A DNA stretch of 32,000 nt, taken from positions 210,001-242,000 of the forward strand of contig OW818668.1 of NCBI GenBank assembly GCA_942493105.1. The letters run 5' to 3'. A program made the translations under genes and the position numbers. The notes under the pieces are model-generated. The model ran no database searches and was not told where the DNA came from. It saw only the letters and a program-made list of their open reading frames with translations. Position 1 is the stretch's first letter, and every line of letters begins with the position of its first letter. Positions 9,631 through 17,521 of the stretch are shown piece after piece. The DNA comes from an uncultured Erysipelotrichaceae bacterium (lineage in GTDB: Bacteria; Bacillota_I; Bacilli_A; Erysipelotrichales; Erysipelotrichaceae).

Positions 9631-10043
9631 AAATTTTCCTTCAGATTCTTTTGAATCATAAATAATGTGTCTACAGTGCAATTGATTTCACTAGGGCCAA
9701 TCGAATGTGTCATAAGGATATTCACATTACTGAACGATGCCCCAATTTGTGCTTTAAGTTGGTGACCTAGATCAGAAAGTTGATAAGTTCTATTTTCTAT
9801 GTTGGGTGTCAAGTAGCCTTTGGCTACTAACTTAACAATACTGCGGCTAATGTTTGCTTTATCAACTTCCAGTGCTTTAACAAGTTCATTTTGAGACAAT
9901 GGTTTTTTAAGACTAAAAAAGATCATCAAGATTTGTAACTGCCCCATTCCAATCTCATATTTCTTGAGATCCTTTTCTACCTTGATTTTCAAATACTTAT
10001 AAACAATGATAAGCAGATTTCCTAATTGGTTGGATTCGATCAT
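9627..10043 (-). CDS. MarR-family transcriptional regulator
   Basis: 138 aa with a winged-helix pattern (LSQNELVKALEVDKANISRSIVKLVAKGYL). First gene of a two-gene operon preceded by paired palindromes. Confidence 0.7.
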   Translation of the reverse strand: MIESNQLGNLLIIVYKYLKIKVEKDLKKYEIGMGQLQILMIFFSLKKPLSQNELVKALEVDKANISRSIVKLVAKGYLTPNIENRTYQLSDLGHQLKAQIGASFSNVNILMTHSIGPSEINCTVDTLFMIQKNLKENL

Positions 10044-10075
10044 GATTTTTCCTTTTCAATTTGATCAATGATTGA

Positions 10076-10130
10076 TTGTTGTGCACACAACAAAAGTATT
10101 TTAGCATAAAATCGTTGTGTGCACAACAAT
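10076..10130 (-). promoter_or_regulatory. Promoter bracketed by two inverted copies of a 15-18 bp operator-like sequence
   Basis: TTGTTGTGCACACAACAA (10076-10093) and its inverted copy TTGTGTGCACAACAA (10113-10130) flank the promoter. The minus strand reads TTGTGC-17 nt-TAAAAT (-10 at 10098-10103, -35 at 10121-10126). Confidence 0.5.
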
Positions 10131-10146
10131 TTTAATATTTATTATC

Positions 10147-10225
10147 GATCTGAGTGTGGTATGGCCCTTGTTCTATAGAGTCAGTAAGACTCTCGTATAT
10201 GAATATTCAATTCTTTTGATCACAC
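10147..10225. repeat. Module M copy 1 (dispersed intergenic repeat related to the array junctions)
   Basis: Aligns by eye with 11451-11520, 13153-13240 and 15291-15353. Shared blocks are ggYccttgtt..tagag..ctc.tatatg.ata..caattcttttga. Confidence 0.6.
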
Positions 10226-10363
10226 TGTTTTATGTATCGATTGAGATACTTGATAAATCTTGATAATCTAACAATAATATTGATATATTGACATCATTTT
10301 TCAAAATACATTCTAAAAAAATCTGGTGATTTAGATCTGTTCTTTTATATCATATGTAAACCC

Positions 10364-10831
10364 TTAATCCCAAAGACTACAACAACCTAAATCATCTAAA
10401 CCATATTCCCCACATTTTGGACAAGAATATTTTTTAAAGTCTAATTGTTTTCCTTCAAAGGATTCAGGTATGGGAATATCATCAAATAAGCGATCTAATT
10501 TCACTTTACAATGAGGGCATTTATATTCGGTAACATACATTCCTTCATCATGATGCAATCTTACGTAAAAACGATTAAATAATTCGAGACATTTGTGACA
10601 TCTAAAAATTTCATGACCAAAGTTATCAAAGTCAGATGAATCAACTGACGCATGTTTCTCTTTAATCAAAGTTTTAATCTCAACTCGCATTTTTTGTGAG
10701 CGAAACAATGAAGATAGTAATGCTTCATTTGTTTCATGATTAAGTAAAGAACCATATATCATCCCAATTCCTAAGACAAAGTCTTTTGAATAACCACATT
10801 TAGTACAATGAACTTGAAAACTGCTTCCCAT
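10364..10831 (-). CDS. Zinc-ribbon protein with four CxxC pairs, function unknown
   Basis: Contains CTKC, CHKC, CPHC and CPKC. AAGGAG RBS. Confidence 0.65.
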   Translation of the reverse strand: MGSSFQVHCTKCGYSKDFVLGIGMIYGSLLNHETNEALLSSLFRSQKMRVEIKTLIKEKHASVDSSDFDNFGHEIFRCHKCLELFNRFYVRLHHDEGMYVTEYKCPHCKVKLDRLFDDIPIPESFEGKQLDFKKYSCPKCGEYGLDDLGCCSLWD

Positions 10832-10957
10832 ATTCAGTCTCCTTTATTTAATAAACAATAATTACATAAATATTCAAATATAGAATTATATCGCTTTTAT
10901 AAATGAGGTTTGATGATGTTACTGCAATTGGTATGGATATTGTTTTCTCAACAATCA

Positions 10958-10994
10958 TTAGCCTTACAACACTACATAAGTCGACTTATTCCAA
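10958..10994 (-). repeat. Module T, solitary copy outside the main array
   Basis: The minus strand reads TTTGGAATAAGTCGACTTATGTAGTGTTGTAAGG, about 10 nt after the stop of the 11005-11421 gene. It matches the T consensus TTGGAAYAGGTCGACTTTTGTAGAGG. Confidence 0.6.
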
Positions 10995-11004
10995 AGAAAA
11001 CACA

Positions 11005-11421
11005 TTATCTTATTTTCTTTTGTTTCCAAGCCACAATAAAATACATCAAAGATAAAACAATACTACCCCCAAGATAGACAAACATCATATACTTTCCATA
11101 AAATGAGGAGTCACCTTGAACACCTTGAAGTTTTAGGCCGATGGCTCCTGAAACATAGGCAATGGAAATAATAGCCAAAACATACGGTGCTAAGGTTTTA
11201 TTCTTTTTGAGGATCAATATATACAATAAGCCTGTCAAAATATTTGAAATCCCAAAGGCACCCAACATCATAAGTCCATCTGGATTAGACTCCATTTGAG
11301 CGAAAGTCGCATTGGCCCAATTGATATTGAAGGTATGTAAGAAACCACGGACCAAATCGAGGACTGCTAAACCCCAAAGATAAATGATATTAAATCTAAG
11401 TACTTTTTCTTGCGTAAACAT
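11005..11421 (-). CDS. Small integral membrane protein (about 4 TM helices)
   Basis: Hydrophobicity pattern and AAGGAG RBS. No family recognised. Confidence 0.6.
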   Translation of the reverse strand: MFTQEKVLRFNIIYLWGLAVLDLVRGFLHTFNINWANATFAQMESNPDGLMMLGAFGISNILTGLLYILILKKNKTLAPYVLAIISIAYVSGAIGLKLQGVQGDSSFYGKYMMFVYLGGSIVLSLMYFIVAWKQKKIR

Positions 11422-11450
11422 AAAGTGCTCCTTTGATCATTATTATAACT

Positions 11451-11520
11451 TGGAATTGTCCTAACTTTGTAGAGTCGTTGCATCATTCAGATATGTATAC
11501 TAAACTCATTTGTTTGTACT
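11451..11520. repeat. Module M copy 2 (more diverged)
   Basis: gtcctaactttgtagagtc...cagatatgtatac aligns with the other M copies. Confidence 0.4.
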
Positions 11521-11665
11521 AATATGATATCTTATAAGGAGACTTCGATTTTCTTACAATACTCCATTTATTAGCAGCAAAATAATATGTTAGAAATCAT
11601 TTTACTTTTTGTTTTCAAACGATAAGTCTACACTGAAAATATATTTATATGAACAGGAAACAAAG

Positions 11666-12256
11666 ATGAAAAACAAACAACAGATTCTTAATCAAGATAG
11701 ACAGGCGTTCATTAACCCACCAAAAAGGATCAACTTCTTTTTAAGAATCGGGATTGGAATCTCAAGAAAAGTCACCGGTAAAGATCTGCTCGTCCCTAAA
11801 CTGCTTGCTTGGGTCCCTAAAGTAGCACTTAGCTCTGGGATACTTGAGTCATTGATCGCTCATGGTGACAAGGATTTAAACACTCGTATGTTAAAACTGG
11901 TCAGAATCCAGGCTTCATTGACGGTTTCTTGCCCATTCTGTATTGATATGAACACTTTTGGATACCAAAAAGATGATATTACTGACGAAGAAATTGAAGT
12001 ACTTAGGGGAAGAAAATCAGTTACTGAGGTTAATTCATTCAGTGAAAAGGAATTGATTGTACTCGATTATGTCAAGCATTTATGTGCCAGTCCCATTAAT
12101 ATGCCAAATGAAGTCTCAACTCGATTAATTCAAAACTTTTCAGAACGAGAGATCGTAATTTTGGCCAGCACAGTTGCACAGGTCGACTACTGGGCAAGAT
12201 TGATACAGGGTCTTGGTGTTCCCCCTGAAGGTTTCATGGATCAATGTGATCTCTAG
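11666..12256 (+). CDS. Carboxymuconolactone decarboxylase / AhpD-like family protein
   Basis: CPFCIDMN CxxC motif in a helical context. Start set at ATG 11666 (MKNKQQ), preceded by AGGAAA. Confidence 0.6.
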   Translation: MKNKQQILNQDRQAFINPPKRINFFLRIGIGISRKVTGKDLLVPKLLAWVPKVALSSGILESLIAHGDKDLNTRMLKLVRIQASLTVSCPFCIDMNTFGYQKDDITDEEIEVLRGRKSVTEVNSFSEKELIVLDYVKHLCASPINMPNEVSTRLIQNFSEREIVILASTVAQVDYWARLIQGLGVPPEGFMDQCDL

Positions 12257-12494
12257 TCACCTTAAGTCAAATTCAAACCAGCACTTCGATTTTGATCTTC
12301 GTCTTCAAAATAATAAGACATGATAAAATTCAGAAATAACTAAATATACTCCTTCTTGCGTAGGGTTAGCTTATTCCTTAACTATACAAAGTCAGAATTG
12401 ATTTCATGACTTTACTACAACCTTAATTATCCAGTTCTCAAACTCACTCGAATATTCTTCATCAGTATTGGATCCTATATGAATTCTTAAAACT

Positions 12495-12517
12495 ACAAAA
12501 AACAGCCGACGCTGTTA
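12495..12517 (-). terminator. Rho-independent terminator overlapping the HAD gene stop codon
   Basis: The minus strand reads TAACAGC-gtcg-GCTGTT followed by TTTTTGT. Confidence 0.7.
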
Positions 12518-13123
12518 GAGAATTCCGTTCTCGGTCAAGACTTGTTCAAGGGCTTTAATATCACCTGTATAAATCGTACCTTTGATTCCACACCGGGCTG
12601 CACCTTCAATGTTGGCCTTCATATCATCAATCATAAAGCACTTAGAACGATCTAGTTTGAATTGTGTTAGAACTGTTTCGTAGAAAGCAGGATCCGGTTT
12701 AGCTTTATGGATATCAGCCGAAATAACGATCCCATCAAAGACATCCAAGGCTCGGATATCTTTTTTATAGGTATGAAATTTTGTGGAGGCATTAGAGAGA
12801 AGATAGAGTTTAATGCCTTTGTTTTTTAATGTGTTCACTAAAGGTATCATAGCTTCATAATAAATATTAGTAACTGGCCATTCTTCAACAATCTGAGTGA
12901 CCAAAGGATGATAGGCTGAATCAACTCTGGCACAAATCGATTGGATGGCTTCGTCGTCAGTGATGGTTCCAAGATCCAGTGACAACCATTCTTGATGAGT
13001 AAAAATCAAAGGTGTTAAGTAATCGATCGTTTTAGTGTCTTGGGTAAAATGGCTCACGATGTGGCGGGGATTGAATTCAAGCAGAACATTCCCCATATCA
13101 AAAAACAATGTTGTTATGCTCAA
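12515..13123 (-). CDS. HAD-superfamily hydrolase (subfamily IA-like)
   Basis: Contains FFDMGNVL (motif I variant), LSNAS (motif II), and K..PD followed by MIDD (motifs III/IV). TTG start with a GGAG RBS. Confidence 0.8.
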   Translation of the reverse strand: MSITTLFFDMGNVLLEFNPRHIVSHFTQDTKTIDYLTPLIFTHQEWLSLDLGTITDDEAIQSICARVDSAYHPLVTQIVEEWPVTNIYYEAMIPLVNTLKNKGIKLYLLSNASTKFHTYKKDIRALDVFDGIVISADIHKAKPDPAFYETVLTQFKLDRSKCFMIDDMKANIEGAARCGIKGTIYTGDIKALEQVLTENGIL

Positions 13124-13152
13124 TCTAGTCTCCTTCTGGTCAATCTCTTGAA

Positions 13153-13240
13153 CTCTGGTTTGTAAAATGGTCCTTGTTTGTGTAGAGCCATTATTTTACT
13201 CATATATGCATACCCAATTCTTTTGAATGCATAATTTCTC
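13153..13240. repeat. Module M copy 3
   Basis: Best match to 15291-15353 (tgtagagccattattttactcatatatgcatacccaattcttttgaatgcataat). Lies between H copy 1 and the HAD gene. Confidence 0.65.
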
Positions 13241-13257
13241 CCAAACTATGTCTCCAA

Positions 13258-13384
13258 TTATAACTCAGCACGGTCTTAGTGTTCGCTTTACACGAAGCAT
13301 TCCTCATAGTCTAGTGTGAACACTTGAGCATACGCAAACGATTCCCATGGTCGTCCGTTTAAGACCGTAGTAAGCGTTGTCTTT
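13258..13384 (-). repeat. H foldback repeat copy 1 (most diverged; left edge of the array)
   Basis: Reads agcacggtctt...gctttacacgaagc...cccatggtcgtccgtttaagaccgtagt. The central hairpin carries a compensated pair (GCTT/AAGC). Confidence 0.8.
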
Positions 13385-13613
13385 TCTCAGATAAACTGCT
13401 CTTGTTATTCAACTTTCATCATCATTCTGTCTCATTCATTCTACCCTATTTTAGAGCTACAAACATCACTAATTTAGTGTTCATTTTCTTATTATTTCGG
13501 TTCTCTTTTAAAAAGAAATCTCAAAATCCGTTACACATTTGTTACACTTCGGAATTGGTGATTTGTCCACTATAATATTTAACAATGGGACGTAGTTTTC
13601 TCAACACACTCCA
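13385..13613 (-). repeat. Module L copy 1, short form (single GTTACAC box, no 203-bp insert) plus T-like tail
   Basis: Collinear with 21413-21561 and 24990-25138. The single box AATCCGTTACACATTTGTTACACTT is at 13525-13549. The right flank matches the sequence after the second box of the 25.3-kb copy. Confidence 0.8.
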
Positions 13614-14024
13614 CTAATCCGAGTTCGGAATCTCAGTTCGTATAAAGGTAATTTCTCTGACTTGACCATTGAACATACTGTCATTTTCCAAACTAATCTT
13701 TACAGTAAGCTTCTCAGAACTAAATTTGCATACACCCCAGAAGTATCGCTGAGTTAGATTCTCATCGGTCCAAAAACCTACACCTGTATTGTTATTGAAA
13801 ATTACAGTAAAATGATACGTAATATCGTTATAGATAAGTTGTCCAGTTGGGGCGGTATATCCATCACCAGCAATTTCATACACTTCAAACCAAATATCTG
13901 GATCTTCAGATATCCAAATGGCTGAACCAAGATCCGTTGGCTTTTTCCCAGCATATTGGTCAATACAACCTGCTAAAGAAAGAAAGACTGATAAGATCAG
14001 AAGTCTAATGAGTACTTTTTTCAT
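13614..14024 (-). CDS. Lipoprotein (cassette ORF)
   Basis: MKKVLIRLLILSVFLSLAGC signal peptide with lipobox. Start set at ATG 14024, with the AAAGGTGG RBS provided by leader A. Confidence 0.75.
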   Translation of the reverse strand: MKKVLIRLLILSVFLSLAGCIDQYAGKKPTDLGSAIWISEDPDIWFEVYEIAGDGYTAPTGQLIYNDITYHFTVIFNNNTGVGFWTDENLTQRYFWGVCKFSSEKLTVKISLENDSMFNGQVREITFIRTEIPNSD

Positions 14025-14095
14025 GTTACCACCTTTCATTAACTGTCTTATTGAATTTTATTCGACTCTCTCTACAACCACTGAAGTCCAGTTCT
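14025..14095 (-). repeat. Leader module A copy 1 (shared 5'UTR with RBS)
   Basis: Near-identical to 24249-24320. Conservation continues through ATGAAAAAAGTA, the first four codons. Confidence 0.8.
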
Positions 14096-14212
14096 CAGAA
14101 CTCACCACGGTCTTCGTATTCGCTCCAGGTGGAGCATTCCCTCTGACCGAGTAACAACATATTAGCTCTCGTAAATGAGTCCCACGGTCATCCGTTTAAG
14201 ACCGTGGTCAGA
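14096..14212 (-). repeat. H foldback repeat copy 2 (core subtype II)
   Basis: Reads cagaactcaccacggtcttcgtattcgctccaggtggagcattcc...cccacggtcatccgtttaagaccgtggtcag. The central core is gaccgagtaacaacatattag instead of ctagtatgaacgcttaggcac. Confidence 0.9.
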
Positions 14213-14320
14213 GGCGATGTACTCATGCAACTTGGACATTGCGACTCGACTAGAGTTGGCCTATTCCGGGTAACCTTGAATTTACTCAGAAATTCAAATA
14301 TCTCTGAACGTACTAAGTAT

Positions 14321-15163
14321 TTATTTACGCAAATTCTCAATTTTGCTTGGAGCTCTATCAAGTAACAGTTGTCCAATCTTTAGCTTTTCATATCCAGAGT
14401 CTATCAGTCTCTGATTATTCTTATTAAGGCCTTCTGTAATTTCGTCGATCCCCTTTAGATGATAATCTATAGAAGCAATGACATCATTAATAACAGGCAG
14501 AAACTGATTAATTTTCAATATATCTCTCACATTTTCTACTCTGCTTTTAAACTCGTTAGCAACTATTAAATAGGCATCCTTGCCTGAAATCTTGTAATTA
14601 TCGACTGTTTCATTAAAAATCCAAAACTTAGCAATCACTTGTGGTACCCTATCCAAATAGTCCGATATAAATGCTTCTTCACCATCAATTGAATAAGTTG
14701 CCTCAAGCCTAGTTATGTTCCCTCCAAGATCAGTAAGTATAAGCATTGTTTTTTGATTTTGACCATCAAAACTAAAATCAGGCAATTTTTCAAATGTTAC
14801 CATCACTGCTGTGCTATCAATGATCTTGTCAATAAACTGATCTGGGGTAAAAGTTTCCCCATAAGCAATTGATACTGGTTTCAGTATTGCATTAGGTTTA
14901 ATGGTATCCTTAACTACAACACTTAATGTTACTACACCCTTACCAGTTCCATATGAAACCACATAATCACCAGGAATTTCCATATTTGTTGGATTGTCAA
15001 TTTCCACTTTGCTTTTAGGTGAAACTACATAATCCAACGGACTAAAAGGTTCACCAGCCTCCAAAATGATGTTGCTTTGACTTAATTCAATTTTCTGTGC
15101 TACACAAGCTGAAATCGAAAACATAACAAGCATTAGCAATAAATAAGTAGATAAAGATTTCAT
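14321..15163 (-). CDS. Lipoprotein with two Ig-like (DUF5011-type pattern) segments (cassette ORF)
   Basis: MKSLSTYLLLMLVMFSISAC lipobox, repeated ..G(E)xFxPxxxV.. segments, GGAGGGGG RBS. Confidence 0.75.
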   Translation of the reverse strand: MKSLSTYLLLMLVMFSISACVAQKIELSQSNIILEAGEPFSPLDYVVSPKSKVEIDNPTNMEIPGDYVVSYGTGKGVVTLSVVVKDTIKPNAILKPVSIAYGETFTPDQFIDKIIDSTAVMVTFEKLPDFSFDGQNQKTMLILTDLGGNITRLEATYSIDGEEAFISDYLDRVPQVIAKFWIFNETVDNYKISGKDAYLIVANEFKSRVENVRDILKINQFLPVINDVIASIDYHLKGIDEITEGLNKNNQRLIDSGYEKLKIGQLLLDRAPSKIENLRK

Positions 15164-15290
15164 AATCCCCCTCCGTTTTATTCAGTTATATAGTTAGTAT
15201 ATCAAATTAACCACTACTAACAACGCGTATAATTTACATAAACAGAATTTGATTGCACTGAAAACTATATATATTAAGGAGTGCTTATTT

Positions 15291-15353
15291 TATGTATAGT
15301 CATTATTTCAGTCACATATGAATACTCAATTCGATTGTTTGCATGATTATCCC
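15291..15353. repeat. Module M copy 4
   Basis: tgtatagtcattatttcagtcacatatgaatactcaattcgattgtttgcatgattatccc aligns with 13178-13243. Confidence 0.65.
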
Positions 15354-15433
15354 ACGAAGCATTTTCAAAAATACTCCTCAGGAATATTGTCATCTAGGTA
15401 ATAAGCTCATCATATCTATATGATGATCTATTC

Positions 15434-15535
15434 ATTCACTCTGTCAATCCGGAACACTTAGGGAAGCGTTCTGTATGGACGAGTATCAACTTAAGGGCTG
15501 GGTGAGTTCGTGTCTTTCGTGATGACTGGACATGC
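15434..15535 (-). repeat. Decayed H repeat (subtype II-like)
   Basis: aagcgttctgtatggacgagtatcaac...cgtgatgactgg is collinear with copy 3 (gagcgttcatcgtgaccgagtaacaat...ccgtggtatg). The arms are no longer complementary. Confidence 0.35.
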
Positions 15536-15615
15536 AGTTTGAAGCACTAGAATTATTATGCAGTATGCAAAACAAATGATATACATTAACAATACAGACT
15601 GATCACTTCAATATC

Positions 15616-15644
15616 TTGACAACGGTCATGCATAGTGTAATTAT
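15616..15644 (+). promoter_or_regulatory. Sigma-A-type promoter candidate for the plus-strand SHOCT gene
   Basis: TTGACA (15616-15621), 17-nt spacer, TGT-AATTAT (extended -10-like). About 30 nt upstream of the GGAGG RBS. Confidence 0.5.
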
Positions 15645-15672
15645 GTCCTTAAACATATTTGGAGGTACACAC

Positions 15673-15936
15673 ATGAGTGAATGGGACTTTCTTTGGGGAT
15701 TAAAAGGAAAAGAACTAGAAGATGCTATGTCAACTGGCATGGACCAATTTGATCGCGATTATTTAAGTAAATCCAAACATTTAAATAATGAGAATAAAGC
15801 TATAAATGAACAGCATAGGCTTGCGTTAAAAGCAGAGTGGGAAAGTCTCAAGCAACTAAGAGATAGTGGTGCCATAACAATGGAAGACTTTAGAATGAGA
15901 AAAAGAGCATTATTCCCAATCAAAAAGCAAAAATAG
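15673..15936 (+). CDS. SHOCT-domain small protein (plus-strand cassette ORF)
   Basis: The C-terminal LKQLRDSGAITMEDFRMRKRALF matches the SHOCT pattern. Start set at ATG 15673, 7 nt after GGAGG. Confidence 0.6.
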   Translation: MSEWDFLWGLKGKELEDAMSTGMDQFDRDYLSKSKHLNNENKAINEQHRLALKAEWESLKQLRDSGAITMEDFRMRKRALFPIKKQK

Positions 15937-16000
15937 AAACCGGTAGCCATAGAACACGAACATATACTCTCGTTGTTAGCGACATATTATCTTGAGTTCT

Positions 16001-16117
16001 TAGAACTCACCACAGCCTTTATATTCGCTCCAAGTTGAGCGTTCATCGTGACCGAGTAACAATATATTAGTTCTAGTAATCGAGTCATACGGTCGTCCGT
16101 TTAGGACCGTGGTATGA
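16001..16117 (-). repeat. H foldback repeat copy 3 (core subtype II, diverged arms)
   Basis: tagaactcaccacagcctttatattcgctccaagttgagcgttc...catacggtcgtccgtttaggaccgtggtatg. Confidence 0.85.
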
Positions 16118-16337
16118 TCAGTCTCATGCTCATACACCTTAACAATGAGCTCACTTAAAGTCAGCCTATTTCATTTATGCCAAATACAAATTTAGACTGC
16201 TTTTGTACAAGAAAATGACCAACTAACTTCAAATGTTGAATAAATTCCGTATGATATACTTGATGTGAAATTGCACCATTACCAATCTCATAATTATGAA
16301 TTTTGGAGTGCTTTTATCCAATAGCGGAGGAAATATC

Positions 16338-16607
16338 ATGACGACACTAGAATCATATTGCTTTAGAATCTACCATGAGATATATAAAAGAGAATTGAGC
16401 AATTATGTAAAGCAATGGACAGCAAAACACAACCATATTCCAGAATTTAAGTATGATTCTTGGAGTCGATACGCACAAGAAGAGGCACTAAACCAATCAA
16501 TAGAAAGAGTAATCCAAGAATTTCCATTAATTGATCCGAATTTGATTACAGAAACTATACGAAAAATCCACTTAGAGTGGGATTCAGATATAATTCTAGT
16601 TGACTAG
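16338..16607 (+). CDS. Hypothetical small protein (plus-strand cassette ORF)
   Basis: ATG 16338 lies 7 nt after GGAGGAAA. 89 aa, no family recognised. Confidence 0.5.
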   Translation: MTTLESYCFRIYHEIYKRELSNYVKQWTAKHNHIPEFKYDSWSRYAQEEALNQSIERVIQEFPLIDPNLITETIRKIHLEWDSDIILVD

Positions 16608-16635
16608 ACTTTAATTATTGTGTACATATAAAACA

Positions 16636-16701
16636 GATCTGAGTTGTCTTGTACTCATACAACTTTAGCATTGTGGCTCTACAGAAGACGACTTATACCA
16701 A
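16636..16701 (-). repeat. Module T copy with only the last few nt of H attached (H-less junction remnant)
   Basis: gatctgag + ttgtcttgtactcatacaactttagcattgtggctctacagaagacgacttataccaa parallels 31760-31823 but lacks the body of H. Confidence 0.6.
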
Positions 16702-16726
16702 GTTGTTGATTATTCAAACTACTCGT

Positions 16727-17134
16727 TTATTCTATTTTGACATCTTGCGCCAGTTTTGAAATCTGATCTGAAGTCACTTTTCCTTCACGAGCTAGACTAT
16801 CCAATTCATTCTTCGTCAAATACGCATCATTACACAATTCAAGCGCCTCATCATATGTCATCTCTACATAATCTTTTCTTTCGACAAAATAATTCTTTAA
16901 AATGAATTCTATTCCAAATACCTCACAAGCTAGTGTGATTACACCATTCTTGGCTGCGTTCTCAATGAACTCATTAATTGTCTTACCTTGGCTCCGATAC
17001 AATTCGATGCCATCCTCATCGACTGGGTCTCTTGTTAAAAATGTCGCTATTAATAATTCTGCCACATCTTCATCTCTCATGATCATATATAATATGAACT
17101 TTTGTAAACTGAACACCAATTCTGATTTTGGCAT
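16727..17134 (-). CDS. Hypothetical cytoplasmic protein (cassette ORF)
   Basis: Start set at ATG 17134 (MPKSELVF), 6 nt after AAAGGGAG. 135 aa, acidic and helical. Confidence 0.55.
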   Translation of the reverse strand: MPKSELVFSLQKFILYMIMRDEDVAELLIATFLTRDPVDEDGIELYRSQGKTINEFIENAAKNGVITLACEVFGIEFILKNYFVERKDYVEMTYDEALELCNDAYLTKNELDSLAREGKVTSDQISKLAQDVKIE

Positions 17135-17305
17135 TTCATCTCCCTTTACTTGATGGTTCTCTCTCAACCTATATTGAACACGACTCCTTTTCAACGACAT
17201 TTAGAGCTAGTGTCAATTTATGTGCTTTTCTGCAAATATCTAAATACCCAACCTGGTTTGCCCACTACGTTGTTCCAAAGTATAATGGAATGGTCCATCT
17301 TTGAA

Positions 17306-17351
17306 CTCATACAACTTAACATTGTGTCTATACAAAAGTCGACCTATTCCA
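17306..17351 (-). repeat. Module T copy
   Basis: ctcatacaacttaacattgtgtctatacaaaagtcgacctattcca. Confidence 0.75.
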
Positions 17352-17521
17352 GTTTTACTGGTTGATCCTTATAAAGGAACTTTATAAGGTATATCAGACC
17401 ATCTCTATTACGTGCAGTTTGACTTTGGTTGATTCCCATGTACTCTTAACCAACTTTATCACCTGATCTCATCAAACCTTACCAAATAAGAAAAATCCTG
17501 TATGTACAGAAGTCAATAAAG

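Noticed and set aside
14188-14376. Track ORFs lying across repeats or modules: 14188-14376, 26292-26486, 21377-21622, 27426-27683, 27490-27702, 27914-28147, 28458-28658, 13918-14154.
   Set aside because: They are made of repeat H/L/T sequence or are antisense shadows of real genes. They have no RBS, and the frame is not preserved between repeat copies.
15434-15535. An inverted (plus-oriented) H copy that would match the plus-strand genes at 15.6 kb.
   Set aside because: On closer alignment the segment is collinear with subtype II H in the standard orientation. It is kept only as a low-confidence decayed copy.
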